From the NCBI GenBank assembly GCA_964016885.1, contig OZ024741.1, forward strand, positions 211,482,001-211,546,000: DNA of 64,000 bases, written 5' to 3'. Below are positions 1 through 12,162 of this stretch, piece by piece. Source of the DNA: Eledone cirrhosa (taxonomy: Eukaryota). A model generated the notes under the pieces. That model saw only the letters and a list, made by a program, of their open reading frames with translations. It was not told the origin of the DNA and did not search any database. Position 1 is the stretch's first letter. Each line of letters begins with the position of its first letter. The translations under genes and the position numbers were made by a program.

Positions 1-1200
1 CCTAACATTATTCGACTTTCATATTCAACCGCCCCTAATTTTGAACAACATATAAAAAAGCTTAACGCAAAACAGTTGTATAAACACCTTCCAACACATA
101 ACAATACACGTAAAACATCGGCTATAACATCACAAAACAACAAGCAACATCCCCTCCTGCCTAAGCAACCTCATCAACCCATCCATGGTAATACAACAAC
201 GCATAATTATAACTGTAACTGCGTCCAACCAGGAATGTGTCTGTTGAACAATCAGTGTCTTGAACGCAACATCATATACAAATGTACTATCGAATCGGGT
301 AGCCGGAAGTGGTACTATGTGGAGTCTACAGCTACCTCCTTCAAATCTCGCCTTTATAGACATCGTTACTCGATAAAACATGAAAACCAGCGTTATGTAA
401 CAACACCCCCAGACAAGGCTTGGCAGCTGCGCGAAAATAACCAACAATTTAACCTAAAATGGGATGAAATAACACCTGCTCCATCTCCGTTTGATTGTCA
501 AAATACATATTAACATTCTCTATTAGTCTTAAATCTATCAACTCTTCTATTCTTTACCATTTAATATAAACTACTATAGATAAAATGATATTTCTTAATT
601 CAATTCCCTAATGCAAATACCAGCAGGCTACCAGCATTGTTGTTATACAGTAGCAGTGAAAATCTCTCTCTTTCTTACTTGATACTTTATATCTGTATTA
701 ATACTACTACACCAAACGACCAGCCTTGTCCATTGTTCAATTGGTCAAATATAGATTAAAATATGCACCCCCAAACATTCTTATTTAGATAAAATAAGCC
801 ATATACTCATTGTATTCTCATTAAAAACCTTATATACTTGTTTACCAGCAAATTGAATTGCCATCTGTCATATATTATCCTTTCTCTTCTTCCTTTCTTA
901 CAACTAATATAAATACTTTGATTTTTCTGATTTTTTCCAATTTATCCAATATCTCTGAAGAAGTGACAACTGATTATACATTTGCTATCGAATACTTGCT
1001 AACATTATATGATTACGCAAGCAGAGATACATAGGTATTCCGTATGTTACAGAAACATATGTCAATACCTAATAAATTCCTTTATAAAAGCACTTTCATT
1101 TTATATTCATCTTTTCTACATTTTCTCCGGAATATAATTTATACTCGTTGAGCAAACCTACACGTACGCTGTTCATCTCATTATTGATAACTTGAAATTA
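1..1200 (+). mobile_element. Degenerate 3' part of a Naiad-type Penelope-like element (GIY-YIG endonuclease region, 3' UTR, pLTR), truncated by the window edge
   Basis: Frame from position 1 reads IIRLSYSTAPN, then CNCVQPGMCLLNNQCLERNIIYKC...YYVESTATSFKSRLYRH...AWQLRENNQQFNLKW. This is colinear with the C-terminus of the intact ORF at 13494-15713. Ends at (TA)n near 1200. Confidence 0.85.
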
Positions 1201-1599
1201 TATATACATATATATATATATAGTTGTCAATGAGATTTGAAATGTGTTAAATATTTAAAATATTGTTCTATTTTTGGTGTATAGCATAAACCTTTGGATG
1301 AAAAGATATTTAGTTGAGATAAATATCATCCAGAAACCTTACATATTCCATAATCTGATGGGAATCATTATCTATTAGAATGAAGTCATCGATTTTCTTG
1401 TTAAACTATTTCATTTGCAGTCAATTCCATGCGCGCTTTGCTCCATGATAGTTGAAAATCACAATTGCTGCAGTTCCAAGGGCAATTTGGCCACGTCCTT
1501 TCTTTGAGAGAGCATCAGGTTGTACAAATGAACCATAACAAAATTGAAGGGCATCATAGAGAATGAAGTAAAGGTAGTTTGTTAGCTATAGAGGAGCCA

Positions 1600-2500
1600 A
1601 TCATGGAATAGTATAGAAATTACTAAGAATATGATGTAGAAGGCCAACTCGTGATATGAGGGCAAGCGCCTGGAGGCGAATTAGTGCATAATTTTAGAAA
1701 AGCTTTATATAAACGGAATCTAAGAATTAAAGTAGTCGAAAAGCTAGGAACTCTCATAAAAGACCCGATTAATAAAATCTACCCTTTTAAAAGAACCCTC
1801 TGCAAGGATAGTAAATGTACAGCGTGTATGGTTAGCCCACAGGTAAACTACAAAACTAGGAATTCGGTCTATAAGATAATATATTGAGAGAGATATTGCA
1901 AAAATATGACAATGACATATACAGGAGAGACAGCCTGTAATATAGGAAGGAGATTAAAGGAACACTGGCGAAACTTAAGTGGGAGAAAAGCTCATTAGTT
2001 TTAAACCAACATCCCGAACTAGATCATAATAGATGACATGAAATTTAAAATCCTATCCACACTGACACATCACTCCGTCGAATTACACACATATGATAAA
2101 AAGTAGACCAAGTCTCAACAGAAATCTTGAATGGACTAGTAACATCCTACACTACAACCAAACGACAGAGAACAAATTATGACACACGAGGTGAAAAAAG
2201 GAAGACAGATACAAACAGTGCAATATACACCCCTCCCACATAGACATACTCACATAGAGGTATACATGCAAACCTATGCGCAGACAAGGGAAGGGACCGA
2301 CTAGATGGAATAAAAGGATTAATACCGAAAAGAAGGGAAGAGGAGACACAAAGAAGAAGAACAAATATCACTGAAGAGATCACGGAAAGTGTGACGAAAA
2401 ATTTTGACAAGGTATCTAATAACTAATAGTCAAAATCGGATGATGCGTGTGTTTTTATTGGCAGAATTGGTAAAATACCACACCCCGCCAAAATATTACA
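1600..2500 (+). mobile_element. Degenerate Penelope-like element fragment (Neptune-like Cys linker plus GIY-YIG) with a decayed hammerhead-like motif at 2363-2420
   Basis: IKVVEKLGTLIK...PFKRTLCKDSKCTAC...SVYKII*...TYTGETACNIGRRLKEHW. Downstream CTGAAGA-gatcacggaaagtgtgac-GAAA-atttt. Confidence 0.7.
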
Positions 2501-2784
2501 ATTTCTGTTTCAACACGTGATTCCGCAGAAGCACACACACGCATGAATACACGCAGACACACAGACAGACACACACACACATATATATATATATGGGATA
2601 ACAAGTTAACGTTTTAGGTAATCCAGTTAGAGGCTGTGAGTACTCTGTACTATAGATAGTTTTAATGTACGACGTTGTTTGACTGAAACAATTGCTAATA
2701 CTGTAAATAAAACCCTTTTTATACAGCCGACCATGTCATTCTTCACTCTTTCACTACTATATATAAATATCTATCTATCTATCT

Positions 2785-2828
2785 AAACTTCCCCCTTTGT
2801 ATTTGTCCCCCTGTGGCTAATAAAGAAA

Positions 2829-2829
<1 letters not shown>
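2785..2829 (+). mobile_element. 3' tip of the Tx1-like LINE family
   Basis: tttgtatttgtccccctgtggctaataaagaaa matches the 3' ends at 58660-58708, 58768-58808 and 61050-61095. Preceded by (ATCT)n. Confidence 0.7.
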
Positions 2830-2925
<96 letters not shown>

Positions 2926-2952
2926 CTTTATATATGTGTATATTTATCTTTA

Positions 2953-3004
<52 letters not shown>

Positions 3005-3069
3005 AAACAGGAACGGGAACAATAATAGAGAGGCAGTACAAACAAAGGTTTATTAGTCTTACGCTCTTG

Positions 3070-3095
<26 letters not shown>

Positions 3096-3101
<6 letters not shown>

Positions 3102-4773
3102 TACCCATACAGGAAACCAAACGACAACCTGCACTACATCCACCGCCGCTCTAACTATCCTAGAATCATCACCAATAATCTGGTTAAAAACATCTCCCTC
3201 CGCATATCTCGTTTTTCCGCTAATGAGCAGATATTCGACGAACACGCGCCTCATTACAACCAGGCCCTCAAGCGGAGTGGCTTCCGGGAGGAAATATCCT
3301 TTTATCCAGCTTCCCTTAGCGGAACCAGCAGGCGACACCGCCGCTTACGCAACGTATCGTGGTTCAATCCCCCCCATAATGCCGAGGTGGCAACACCTAT
3401 CGGGAAAATCTTCTTTAGACTCCTCGAATAACACTTTCCACTACAACACCGCTACCACAACATAATCAACAAAAACACCATCAAACTCTCCTACAGTACC
3501 ACACCTAAGTTCGCACAAAACATCGTCTCCTCAAACAACAAAAAACTCAACACCTATGGAAGAAATAACCTAGACATCAGTGGAGAGCCGACCAGGAGGT
3601 GTAACTGCCCTGATAGATCTACGTGCCCCTCAACAACAAATGCCGAGTACGTAACGTGATCTAACAGTGCAACGTGAGGACGGACACCTCCAACAAAGCT
3701 TATATATGATTGACCGCGTGTGACTTCAACCGGTGTTGGTAGAGCCGTGTCTTGAAGGCATACTTTCCTAAACCCGGTCCGGCGACATGCCACTACACTT
3801 TCGAGACACATCTAGGACTTCCAAGATAATAATATAACATACAATCTCACTTGGAACTTACTGTCCAGAGCTAACTCTTAGACCGGAGAACGCCGTCCGT
3901 GTAACTTATGCTCGGAGGAAACATTACAAATGGTGTTTTCGAAGGACCAACTCCTAAACAAGAAAGACGAACTGCATGCAAATACAGATTGCGTAGGACT
4001 TACCTCGCCCTCAAAACCCATAACGACCCGGGTGGGTAGACAAGGGCTGATACCCCCCCCCCCACTTGCCGAATAAGTTAGGGGAAACTCCAGCTTACAT
4101 AGGTAGATGTATCTCTTTTCTCCACCGCCTATTTTCTTCCTCGTCTGCTTTTCCGCCTACCCAATGCAGCCCATCGGGCATCTGTAGCATCAGTTCCCCC
4201 ACCCCTGTAATTTTAAGATAGAATTGGCCGAATACGTTTTACTAACTACTTATAGCAGATATGTTAAACCCCTTTAATTTTGTATCAGTTTTGTTACTAT
4301 TCAATTTTTACAAGTTTTTTATATTCTCAACTTATTAACCTGTAATTGTAAGATAGCATTGTGATTTTTTTAATTCATTTCTCACTATCTAATTTTATAT
4401 ATTTTTTATTTCTTTCTATTATCTTTTATTGTCTCCTACTCTCATTCGATTTACCTATTCTATAACCTCCCTCCTCCACTTCATATACTATCCTTAGAAT
4501 CTGCTGTATACATATCACTTTCAACGCTTGACCGCTCCACTCACTCCCCTATTGTTCTACAGGCAAGTTCAGCCACCCCTACCCCCCACCAAATGCCATG
4601 TTAGACTTACAACAAATTATAACCAATCCTCTTGATAACTACAATCTTCCCATATAAGGAAGTACCACCTTGACAAGTTCGGCTACTTATTCTCTAGGCT
4701 AAAAATTCTAATTTAGTCCAGAAATAGCCGTCGAAACGGCTTCAACTCTGCCGTCGGGGTCATACTTTTTCCT

Positions 4774-4775
<2 letters not shown>
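3096..4775 (+). mobile_element. 5'-truncated degenerate Naiad-type PLE (RT thumb, linker, GIY-YIG, 3' UTR, pLTR)
   Basis: [20 protein letters not shown]...[17 protein letters not shown]...RNVSWFNPP...[24 protein letters not shown]...CNCPDRSTCP, with stops and frameshifts. (TA)n on both sides. Confidence 0.88.
4664..4760 (+). ncRNA. Hammerhead ribozyme, U3:A8 core variant with long stem II and full stem III
   Basis: TTGACAA (4670-76); cggcta (4680-85) pairs with tagccg (4725-30); GAAA (4733-36); cggc...gccg stem III; GTC cleavage triplet ending 4755. Stem I (accacc/ggggt) is only partly paired. Confidence 0.6.
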
Positions 4776-4832
<57 letters not shown>

Positions 4833-4836
<4 letters not shown>

Positions 4837-5185
4837 TAAACGGAATAGAAAATGCTGACACATTGTTCACAGTTGAAAAATGGTTTAATTAGGAATAAAA
4901 GAGTATTAGTGATTGTATGGGTTAGTATTCAGTTGTGGTTTTAAGTTTTTAAGTTTTACCGGTTGCGCATTTCTAAATGCTTTTCAAAAATAATTTTGAG
5001 ATAGAGTGTCCATGCTGTTTGCTCTGATCTGATTAGTTTTGGGAATTCTACCTGTTTTTATGTTAAAAAGTGGCTCCAATTTGCAAAAATTCTTGTGGTC
5101 AAAACAATTTTGATTGGTCGGTAGAGGTCATGTGAATAAAATATTGGTTTTGCGCCAAGATTGAGAAATAACTCTTTCACAACAA

Positions 5186-5187
<2 letters not shown>
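4833..5187 (-). mobile_element. PLE pLTR fragment, family B (hammerhead variant plus promoter module)
   Basis: Near-identical to 42843-43430; a short end copy lies at 5975-6032. Abuts (TA)n. Confidence 0.7.
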
Positions 5188-5222
<35 letters not shown>

Positions 5223-5311
5223 TGTGTGTGTAGTAGTAGTAGTAGTAGTAGTAAGGTGTTCGATGTTGTGATAATGGTTAGCAGCGATGTGTGTCAAATG
5301 GCTATTAAGAT

Positions 5312-5390
<79 letters not shown>

Positions 5391-5567
5391 GCAGAGTAAT
5401 TCGTGGTGGCAGGGATGGTCAGTAAGAATGTGTCTGAAAGCAATGGGGAGTATTTTAGCATGTCAAAAGATATTTTTCAGCTTTTGTCTTATACGGAGAA
5501 GTGTGTGTGTGTGTGTGTATATATAAGTCTCTTTGTATGTTGATGTACGCGTGTGTATGTGAGTGTG

Positions 5568-5608
<41 letters not shown>

Positions 5609-6031
5609 ACCAGTATTTTTTTCCCCCTGGTAAAATGGTGTACATTATACGATTTTTTCAGTAAAATTGGTTCTCTTAATAGAACATCAAAAATCTTAAC
5701 AATAAAAGGTGTGAAATGATATTCACTACATATATATACACATACATATATTCACTTTATATATACATATATATATATATACATATATACATATATATAT
5801 GCACATATATTTTTTTGTGTTGCACCATAGAGCATGTGTGTTTACGTATGTCATTGTGTTTATATGTGGGTAGAGATGTGTACTGATGTAGGTATGTATG
5901 TTGACGTGTGTATGTTGTGGGTTCGTCTTAGGGAGAAGTGTTTAGACGGGGTTCGTATTTGTTAATGAAGTAAGATATTAAACCATTTTTCAACTGTGAA
6001 CAATTTGTCAGCATTTTCTATTCCGTTTACC

Positions 6032-6075
<44 letters not shown>

Positions 6076-6584
6076 ACGTGTGAGTTTGAATGTGTGCGTG
6101 TAGCGTATGCCAGTGTATATGCGTGCATCGAAGTCATTCTTAGATAAGAACATTTGTTGACTGAATGTAAATTGATTGACTACATCTCATAATTATTCGC
6201 CTACAAGAAGATATTCTAACAGTCTTAGTACACAATATAGAATTGAAATTTATATTGTATTATAAATCAATTACCTAAGAGAAATTACTTGCTCTCTCTA
6301 CCATGCGTTCAGCTTCAGGTAAGGCAGTAGTTCAGCTATGTTTTTATACGTAGATATTCCCATTATATTTTCACTTTTCTCTGATCTGTAAGAGGCGCAG
6401 TCGTTGTTGCAGCGTGAAGAAGCTACTCTTGCGAGCTCGTGGTTTCGTGTTTAACTCAAACTGCGTGACACCATATGTAACCGAATGATTTCTTCTATAA
6501 AATCCTCGATTCGAACAGTTCTTTTCAGTGAAATATTTTGAAGAAGGGAACATGTACGCGCATCTATATATATATATATATATA

Positions 6585-7114
6585 TTTTGAGTTTATGTTG
6601 GTTGTATACCAACACCTCAGTATGCAGGCTGGAGCACTCGACGAAGTGCGCAGGTTGGTTTGGTTACTCCGGAGTAGTGTAAAATAAAGTTAAATAAAAG
6701 TCAAATGATTAAAATTTAGCTTCGTTTATTACTGCTATATATATTTCAGTGACAGCCATCTTTGGCTGTGACCTCTTCAGGCAGTTTGAATTAGTGTGGT
6801 ATAGACAAGTACATATGTTGTTTAGGTGTATGATATTGTCAATACTCTGATATGCCCAGTTCCTTGCTGGGTTGTTAATTCACTGGGGAACTGAAGTCAT
6901 ATGACTCCAGTTCCCCAGTGAATTAACAACCCAGCAAGGAACTGGGCATATCAGAGTATTGACAATATCATACACCTAAACAACATATGTACTTGTCTAT
7001 ACCACACTAATTCAAACTGCCTGAAGAGGTCACAGCCAAAGATGGCTGTCACTGAAATATATATAGCAGTAATAAACGAAGCTAAATTTTAATCATTTGA
7101 CTTTTATTTAACTT

Positions 7115-7121
<7 letters not shown>
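6585..7121. mobile_element. Fold-back PLE pLTR: spacerless palindrome 6680-7121 plus ~95-nt one-sided tail
   Basis: Arms of ~221 bp mirror about gtcat|atgac (6900/6901), with one mismatch seen. (TA)n on both flanks; a hammerhead in each arm. Confidence 0.9.
7016..7070 (+). ncRNA. Minimal type-I hammerhead ribozyme (mirror copy 6731-6785, minus)
   Basis: actgc-CTGAAGA-ggtcacagcca(aaga)tggctgtcact-GAAA-tatata-TA-gcagt. Perfect 5-bp stem I and palindromic stem III, immediately followed by AATAAA. Confidence 0.92.
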
Positions 7122-7174
<53 letters not shown>

Positions 7175-7178
<4 letters not shown>

Positions 7179-7880
7179 TATATTATATTATATTTTGAGA
7201 ATAAACTCTCAGTCGTTTACAATAAATCAGTTCCAAGAAAAGGGGCATTTCCGAGCAGTTAAATACATTAAAATATATGATAAACACAAAACGTGTTTGC
7301 ATTGTAACAGACAAAGTTAGCTATTAATGAAATAAACTAATTAAAGTGAATACAATTTGTCTGTCTCGATATAAGTCAATAAAGACAAGCTTATATTGGC
7401 AAAGGCCGTGGTTCCTGGACAAATTTAAATTTCAAAATCCAAACCTGCTCCGTAGATGAATTTGAACCTCGAAACCTAAATATGTTTCGCAACGATGGTA
7501 CGTGAATTAAAAAATAAAGAGAATCGAAATGGAATTGAAATAAAAAGTGAAATATCCAAATCTTCTGTGCTTATCAACAGGAACCCAGTAAAATTAGTAT
7601 ATTCCACATCAAAAATTTAGCATGTCTGACTACACGTGTGCAGCCAGGCCAAATTAGCCGTCCCGCATTCCCGGTGCTAGAAATAACAGCCGTTTATGCG
7701 GGATTAAAGATCAGCTCTACAGTTAAGGAGCAATATACTATATTATATTTTGAGAATAAACTCTCAGTCGTTTACAATAATTCAGCTCCAAGAAAAGGGG
7801 CATTTCCGAGCAGTTAAATACATTAAACTGTTAAATACATTAAACTGTAGAGCTTGTGTTCATCATATATTTTAATGTAT
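7175..7880. repeat. Unclassified ~700-bp insertion with ~95-bp direct repeats (7175-7272, 7735-7827) and short terminal inversions
   Basis: atactatattatattttgagaataaactctcagtcg...gcagttaaatacattaaa occurs twice; 7855-7880 inverts 7263-7288. (TA)n flanks. Confidence 0.65.
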
Positions 7881-7969
7881 ATATATATATAAATGAAAGT
7901 ATAGAAATTGTTGTGAGCGTGAAGCCAACAGTATTTCACAATATATAAGTGACTATATATATATAGTCA

Positions 7970-8045
<76 letters not shown>

Positions 8046-8048
<3 letters not shown>

Positions 8049-8360
8049 ATAATAATAAATGTGAAGACTAAAATCCGAAGAGGGTTTGATAAGGATAATA
8101 TATATATAATATATAGAATCCGTTGAGCAAATATTTATTAAAAAAAAAATTAAAGTTTAAGCAAATAATCGCTGCTTTCACCCTTAACGGGGTCTTATGA
8201 ATTTCTGAAGATCACGTTAAGGGTGAAAGCAGCGATTCTTTGCTTAAACTTTAATCTTTTTTTTTAAATAAATATTTGCGGGGTCTTATGAATTTCTGAA
8301 GATTCCGGTAAGGGTGAAAGCAGCGATACTTTGCTTAAACTTTAATCTGTTATTTTAATA
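8046..8360. mobile_element. Short PLE pLTR family with inverted and tandem hammerhead-like units
   Basis: CTGAAGA-(t/c)(c/t)(a/c)cg(t/g)taagggt-GAAA-gcagc at ~8205 and ~8296, with a partial inverted copy at 8130-8196. The same termini recur at 51796-51890. Confidence 0.6.
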
Positions 8361-8387
8361 TACCACAAACCCTCCATCTCAATTCTA

Positions 8388-8423
8388 CTTTTGAAAAGCA
8401 CAAGAACTGCGAAACCGGTAAAG
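8388..8423 (+). ncRNA. Minimal hammerhead, U3:A8 variant (family A; second copy 10292-10327)
   Basis: ctt-TTGAAAA-gca(caagaac)tgc-GAAA-ccgg-TA-aag. The copy at 10292 has stem II gcag/ctgc. Stem III palindrome ACCGGT. Confidence 0.7.
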
Positions 8424-8452
8424 GAACCAAATAAATATATTTAACCAAATAA

Positions 8453-8725
<273 letters not shown>

Positions 8726-8819
8726 TCATATATGCCCATATATTTACACATGCACATTCACTCACACATATATACTTATATACATACATATATACATACA
8801 CATATCCACATATAAATGC

Positions 8820-8849
<30 letters not shown>

Positions 8850-8850
<1 letters not shown>

Positions 8851-10457
8851 AAGAAAAAAGATGAAATCGAAAACTCAACTGGAGTTTATTTTTAAAACAA
8901 TATATATATTTATTTAGTTCAAAAGTAGAGTTGAGATGGAGGATCTGTGGTTTATCTCACATCTGGTTGGTCTTTGAATGTTACTTAATTTATATGGAAA
9001 AAAGTGGCTCAAAACGCCAGGTTTTTAGAGAAGTAATTTGATTGGTTGGTGAATAAGTAAAATACATTTCGCGCCAGTTCGCGTTACAAAGTTCTTCATA
9101 TAAGCCCACATATAGACATATGCGCAAGTAATAAGACACCCAAATTCCAAGTCTTCCCATTTTACCTTTGCGCTGACAATACAACAGAACAAATACGAAT
9201 AAATAAGGAAAATATGTTTATTCAAAAATATAGACCAGCATTAAATATGGTTTAATATACATTATGTCAACACCATAACATGCTAACCATCCAAACAGAC
9301 ACATACATACACACACACATAACACCTTCTACTTTAGAAAATAAAAACCCGAACTAAAACCTTAACATACGTTTGCGCTAACAATACAGAAAAAATACGA
9401 ATAAATAAGGAAAATATGTTCATTCAAAAATATTTCTACTAACGGAATCATCTTCCTACACACACAGAAAATATATATTCTCTTCATCTTTACATGCTAA
9501 CCATACTCCCACACACACATAACATCCCCCCCAACACAACTCCCTCCCCCATTTCCACTAATAGAATCACTTTCCTACACACATACACACACACAAAATA
9601 TATAAATATTCTCTCCATCTTAACATACTCACACACACACATAACACCTATATACACACACACACAACTCCCGCCCCCATTTCTACTAATAGAATCATCT
9701 TCCTATACACACACACACAAGCACACAAATATACATACATATCTCTACTTTCTTTATTTCAATAGAAAATCTAATTCTGACATTCCAGCCAACCAGCCAT
9801 ATTCACTGAACCAGAACAATTCTCCCATCCCATTTCTATTGACCATTATCTTTTGTTTGTCATAACATTCTCTAAAAGGCTACAAAATAAATTCCAAATA
9901 CGGGCGCGATTTTAATGAACTTGTTCACGTGAGAGCCATCATTTTGTTTATAACCAATCAAATTACATTTATAAAAAAAGCCTGCGTGAGCCCCCTTTTT
10001 TAAGTAAAAAAAAATTCAAACAAACTGGCGCGAAAGCAGATGTGCTTATTCACGTGACTACATCAACCAACCAAACTTCACTCATATATGAAAAAAAAAC
10101 AACCTGAGACCCCGCTCCCTTGTTTGAAGAACTTTGTAAATCTAACTGGCGCGAAATTTATTATACTTATTGACCAACCGATCAAATTACTTCTGTAAAA
10201 ACCTGGCGTTTCGAGCCACTTTGTAAAAACAAGTAACATTCAAAGACAAACCAGATGTGAGAAATACCACAGACCCTCCATCTCAACTATACTTTTGAAA
10301 AGCAGAAGAACTGCGAAACAGGTAAAGGAATTAAATAAATATATATATATATATTTTAAAATAAGACTCCAGTTGCATTTTCGATTTCATCTTTCTTTCT
10401 TTATACGTTCACTCGTGTAGGACACCGCTTATTTTTCATTTTGTAAAAGACACTCAC

Positions 10458-10462
<5 letters not shown>
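8850..10462. mobile_element. Family A PLE 3' UTR/pLTR with 5' inversion (arms ~8850-9105 and ~10115-10400)
   Basis: Reverse-complement match between the arms; hammerhead at 10292; one-sided tail; (TA)n flanks. Further fragments at 8361-8455, 11621-11918 and 36800-36846. Confidence 0.75.
9890..10225 (+). promoter_or_regulatory. Triplicated E2F / E-box / CCAAT module, putative internal Pol II promoter of family A pLTR
   Basis: GGCGCGA(AA) at 9903, 10027 and 10148; CACGTG at 9926 and 10051; CCAAT at 9954 (also 11783 and 9043 minus in other copies). Same order and spacing in family B at 43088-43135. Confidence 0.55.
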
Positions 10463-10499
<37 letters not shown>

Positions 10500-10771
10500 G
10501 AAAAGTATAGAAATTATTGTAGCAAGAAGCCAACAATATTCAATAATATATAAGTGACTATAGCGTCAAAATGGAAAAATAGTTAACGTAAGGTGTGGGA
10601 AAATAATTCAAACACAATTCAAAAAGAATCAGGATATAGATTCATCCACAGAATTTGGTGAAATCTAGGGAAAAATCAATAGAGCCTTAACTCAGAATAA
10701 AATAAAGTTTTAAATACTCATCCTTCAATTTGGAAAAACTACAAATGCTCTTAAAAAAGACTATTTCACGA

Positions 10772-10815
<44 letters not shown>

Positions 10816-10818
<3 letters not shown>

Positions 10819-11217
10819 AGGAGGTGAGTTTTATTGTAGCACAATAAAGCAATGCAAATATCGGATAAGTAGCACTCTACAGTTTGTAGGACTGGAGTAT
10901 AAATAATATAAGATCAACAGATGGTTAAAAGAGTTCCAAGTATTTTATTATGCGCATTTCCACCATTCTTTACTCTCATCTCTTCCTCTTCCTTACCTTT
11001 TCCAACCCACCCTCCACTTTTTTTCCCAATCTCATACATCAATCTTAATTTATTTTTCATATGTTGATTTAAAACTTCACTATTCACAAGTGTTTTTAAG
11101 CTTCATATCATGTCTCCCTATTTTATCCGATGAGAACGCAGATATCATCCCATGATGATATTTGTTTTTGAAATGCCAATAATAAAATACTTGGAACTCT
11201 TTTAACCATCTTTTGAT

Positions 11218-11222
<5 letters not shown>
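10816..11222. mobile_element. Fold-back PLE pLTR (same family as 27952-29565) with hammerhead at 11121-11187
   Basis: Arms 10907-10960 and 11170-11222; ttttat-CCGATGA-long stem II-GAAA-tgccaa-TA-ataaaa; tail 10816-10905. Confidence 0.8.
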
Positions 11223-11254
<32 letters not shown>

Positions 11255-11257
<3 letters not shown>

Positions 11258-11574
11258 CAATATGTTGAAAAGGTAACACACCAGAGAGAGATATACAGTG
11301 CGCTATCAATAAAACAGGGGAAAAAACCACCAGTGTATGGAATCTATAACCTATGAAAGGCAGACTATAGGCACGCTAATTAAAAATATAAATTAAAGCG
11401 TAAATAAATACCTCTATAACTATATAACACACGTACAAATCCAAAGCTATCTTTGGATTTGGGTTAGGGTTAGGGTTAGTATATCTCTCTGGTGTGTTAT
11501 CTTATCAACATATTGTATTTTAAAGAGCTCAGGATTTCTTCTCCTTTGAGCACATTATGCCTCCGTTAATTTAT

Positions 11575-11580
<6 letters not shown>
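11255..11580. mobile_element. Small fold-back insertion with telomere-like repeats at the inversion junction
   Basis: Arms 11255-11296 and 11479-11519; TTTGGG-TTAGGG-TTAGGG-TTAG at 11458-11479; (TA)n flanks. Confidence 0.55.
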
Positions 11581-11621
<41 letters not shown>

Positions 11622-11915
11622 CTTCAAACAAACTGGCGCGAAAGCTGATGTGCTTATTCACGTGACTACATCAACCAACCAAACTTCACTCATATATGAA
11701 AAAAACAACCTCAGCCCCCCCCCCTTGTTTGAAGAACTTTGTAACGCGAACTGGCGCGAAATTTATTATACTTATTGACTAACCAATCAAATTACTTCTG
11801 TAAAAACCTGGCGTTTCGAGCCACTTTGTTCCATATAAAACAAGTAACATTCAAAGACCAACCAGATGTGAGAAAAACCACAGACCCTCCATCTCAACTA
11901 TACTTTTGAAAAGCA

Positions 11916-11969
<54 letters not shown>

Positions 11970-12096
11970 AAAGTTATATTTAAATTGTTGGGTTACAACT
12001 AGTAAATATTTATAACTGATATAAAAGCACTCGACAAGTATTTGGAGTATATTTACGATATTAAATAAATGGAAACTATATTTATAAAACCATATT

Positions 12097-12162
12097 TATT
12101 TCATTATATATATTTCAGGGATATCATATTAACAATATGCTATGCCTTCCTCAGACAAAATA
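12097..12162 (-). ncRNA. Minimal hammerhead ribozyme in the pLTR of the intact Naiad element
   Basis: Reverse complement of 18903-18968; related copies at 19079-19144, 20585-20644, 29790-29855 (all minus) and 32406-32471 (plus). Confidence 0.9.

Noticed and set aside
6680-7121. Palindromes as MITEs or miRNA precursors
   Set aside because: One-sided tails, hammerhead cores and architectural identity with PLE ends fit retro-insertion with inversion; the arms are far longer and more perfect than pre-miRNAs.
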